Part shown: positions 48,912-49,727 of the stretch, piece after piece | Numbering within the stretch: position 1 is the first letter of the stretch | How the letters are laid out: each line of letters begins with the position of its first letter | DNA from: an uncultured Bdellovibrionales bacterium | GTDB lineage: Bacteria > Patescibacteriota > Minisyncoccia > Moranbacterales > UBA1568 | Length of the DNA: 49,727 nucleotides | Reading direction: 5' to 3' | Assembly: GCA_964580285.1 (NCBI GenBank) | Contig: CAZOKB010000008.1 | Coordinates: 1 to 49,727, forward strand | Notes under the pieces: model-generated | What the model saw: only the letters and a program-made list of their open reading frames with translations | What the model was told of the DNA's origin: nothing | Databases searched by the model: none | Program-made: the position numbers and the translations under genes

Positions 48912-49472
48912 TTAATGTGTATTCTTTACTTCATACTGAAGAAGAACGCCGCCACTGTGAAGTGATCGAGATTCCAGTAATCTGAGGTTACGTGTTGTAT
49001 GTGCCTCAGTAAACAATCGACGCCCCTTACCTAAGATAATCGGTGCCACGCACAAGCGGATCTCATCAATCATTTCAGCATTCATGAGGGACTCCGTGAG
49101 TTTTCCACTCCCAAAGATATACATCGGCTTGTCACCTTGTTCTTTGAGACGTTGTAATTCAGGTACTGCGTCACGGAGAATCGTTGTATTATTCCACTCC
49201 GCTTTTTCGAGCGATGAAGAACATACTACCTTCGCGATACTATTCATGAGCGCCGTTACCTCTCCTTCCGTTTCCGCTGTTGGCCAATACTCGGCCATGC
49301 CTTTATATGTATTCGCGCCAAACACCAGCATACCTGCTTCTTGCAGTTGCTCAAGACTGAGTGCTTCCAATTCCGGTCCCCACACGAGAGTATGAAAAGA
49401 GAGATCCCACGGCTTTTCCCCCTCGAAACAGCCGTCGAGCGTCACTACATTCCACACGATTATCTTTCTCAT
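48912..49472 (-). CDS. Dihydrofolate reductase-fold protein (RibD C-terminal family)
   Basis: VVTLDGCFEG, FGANTY, IFGSGKL, IDEIRLCVAPIILGKGRRLF. Confidence 0.9.
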   Translation of the reverse strand: MRKIIVWNVVTLDGCFEGEKPWDLSFHTLVWGPELEALSLEQLQEAGMLVFGANTYKGMAEYWPTAETEGEVTALMNSIAKVVCSSSLEKAEWNNTTILRDAVPELQRLKEQGDKPMYIFGSGKLTESLMNAEMIDEIRLCVAPIILGKGRRLFTEAHTTRNLRLLESRSLHSGGVLLQYEVKNTH

Positions 49473-49536
49473 AGCATCACTCCGTCTTTCCTTGTCTCTC
49501 TCGGAAGTTAAGACAGCTTACTTCTCTCTATCATAA

Positions 49537-49573
49537 AACCAAAAGGAGTCCCCTACAAGGACTCTTTTTGGTT
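49537..49573. terminator. Terminator-like hairpin
   Basis: aaccaaaaggagtcc ... ggactctttttggtt. Confidence 0.7.
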
Positions 49574-49574
49574 A

Positions 49575-49594
49575 TGGCGGAAAGGGAGGGATTC
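49575..49594 (-). other. tRNA-Ser-like 3'-end fragment (att-site-like)
   Basis: Minus strand GAATCCCTCCCTTTCCGCCA resembles the T-arm 3' side, acceptor strand and CCA of tRNA-Ser; upstream sequence is not tRNA-like. Confidence 0.55.
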
Positions 49595-49683
49595 CTCCTC
49601 GCTCCGACTCGGAGCCGGGGCGCTACACACAGAAAGCTCGCTCACTCGCTTCCTACTCACGCCCTTCTCATCCCTCCCTCAAA

Positions 49684-49723
49684 AAAAACAAAAAAGACTC
49701 CATTAGGGGTCTTTTTTGTTTTT
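49684..49723. terminator. Terminator-like hairpin at the window edge
   Basis: aaaaacaaaaaagac-tcc-atta-ggg-gtcttttttgttttt. Confidence 0.7.
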
Positions 49724-49727
49724 GCGG

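Overview
Chromosomal segment of a standard-code (code 11; TGA is used as a stop) bacterium. Gene content (type IV pilus locus without a secretin, short Smc, split r-protein operons) points to Patescibacteria/CPR, probably Parcubacteria; this taxon call is an inference. Most of the window is housekeeping, largely on the minus strand: rplL, rplJ, rpsP, smc, rnc, nusB, rpmF, rnhB, dnaE, miaA, gatB, a dcd-thyA-folA-kinase-tmk-dut thymidylate cluster, rplA, rplK, nusG, secE, gatA, gatC, ligA, a full type IV pilus locus, a ClpC-like ATPase with comF, and a metal-handling module next to a tRNA-Ser-like 3' fragment. Accessory material stands out. (1) A mostly low-GC six-gene operon between ligA and gatC encodes two anticodon-less class II aminoacyl-tRNA-synthetase-like proteins, a SAM methyltransferase, an MccF-like S66 peptidase, an L-amino-acid-ligase-type ATP-grasp enzyme and RpiB; it is a candidate aminoacyl-nucleotide or peptide biosynthesis/immunity system. 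(2) A self-contained PEP-CTERM gene cassette is inserted antisense in the pilus operon. (3) Tandem pilins share a 126-bp near-identical 5' block. (4) A structured, ORF-less RNA of about 215 nt lies between a perfect sigma70 promoter and a terminator. (5) Three small membrane-peptide ORFs have their own promoters and strong RBSs; two of them are absent from the ORF track. (6) A family of degenerate 7-bp repeats occurs as intergenic palindromes and in-frame inside ligA, rnhB and miaA. (7) A 186-bp MITE-like foldback lies in the rpsP leader. No CRISPR array, rRNA or complete tRNA was found.
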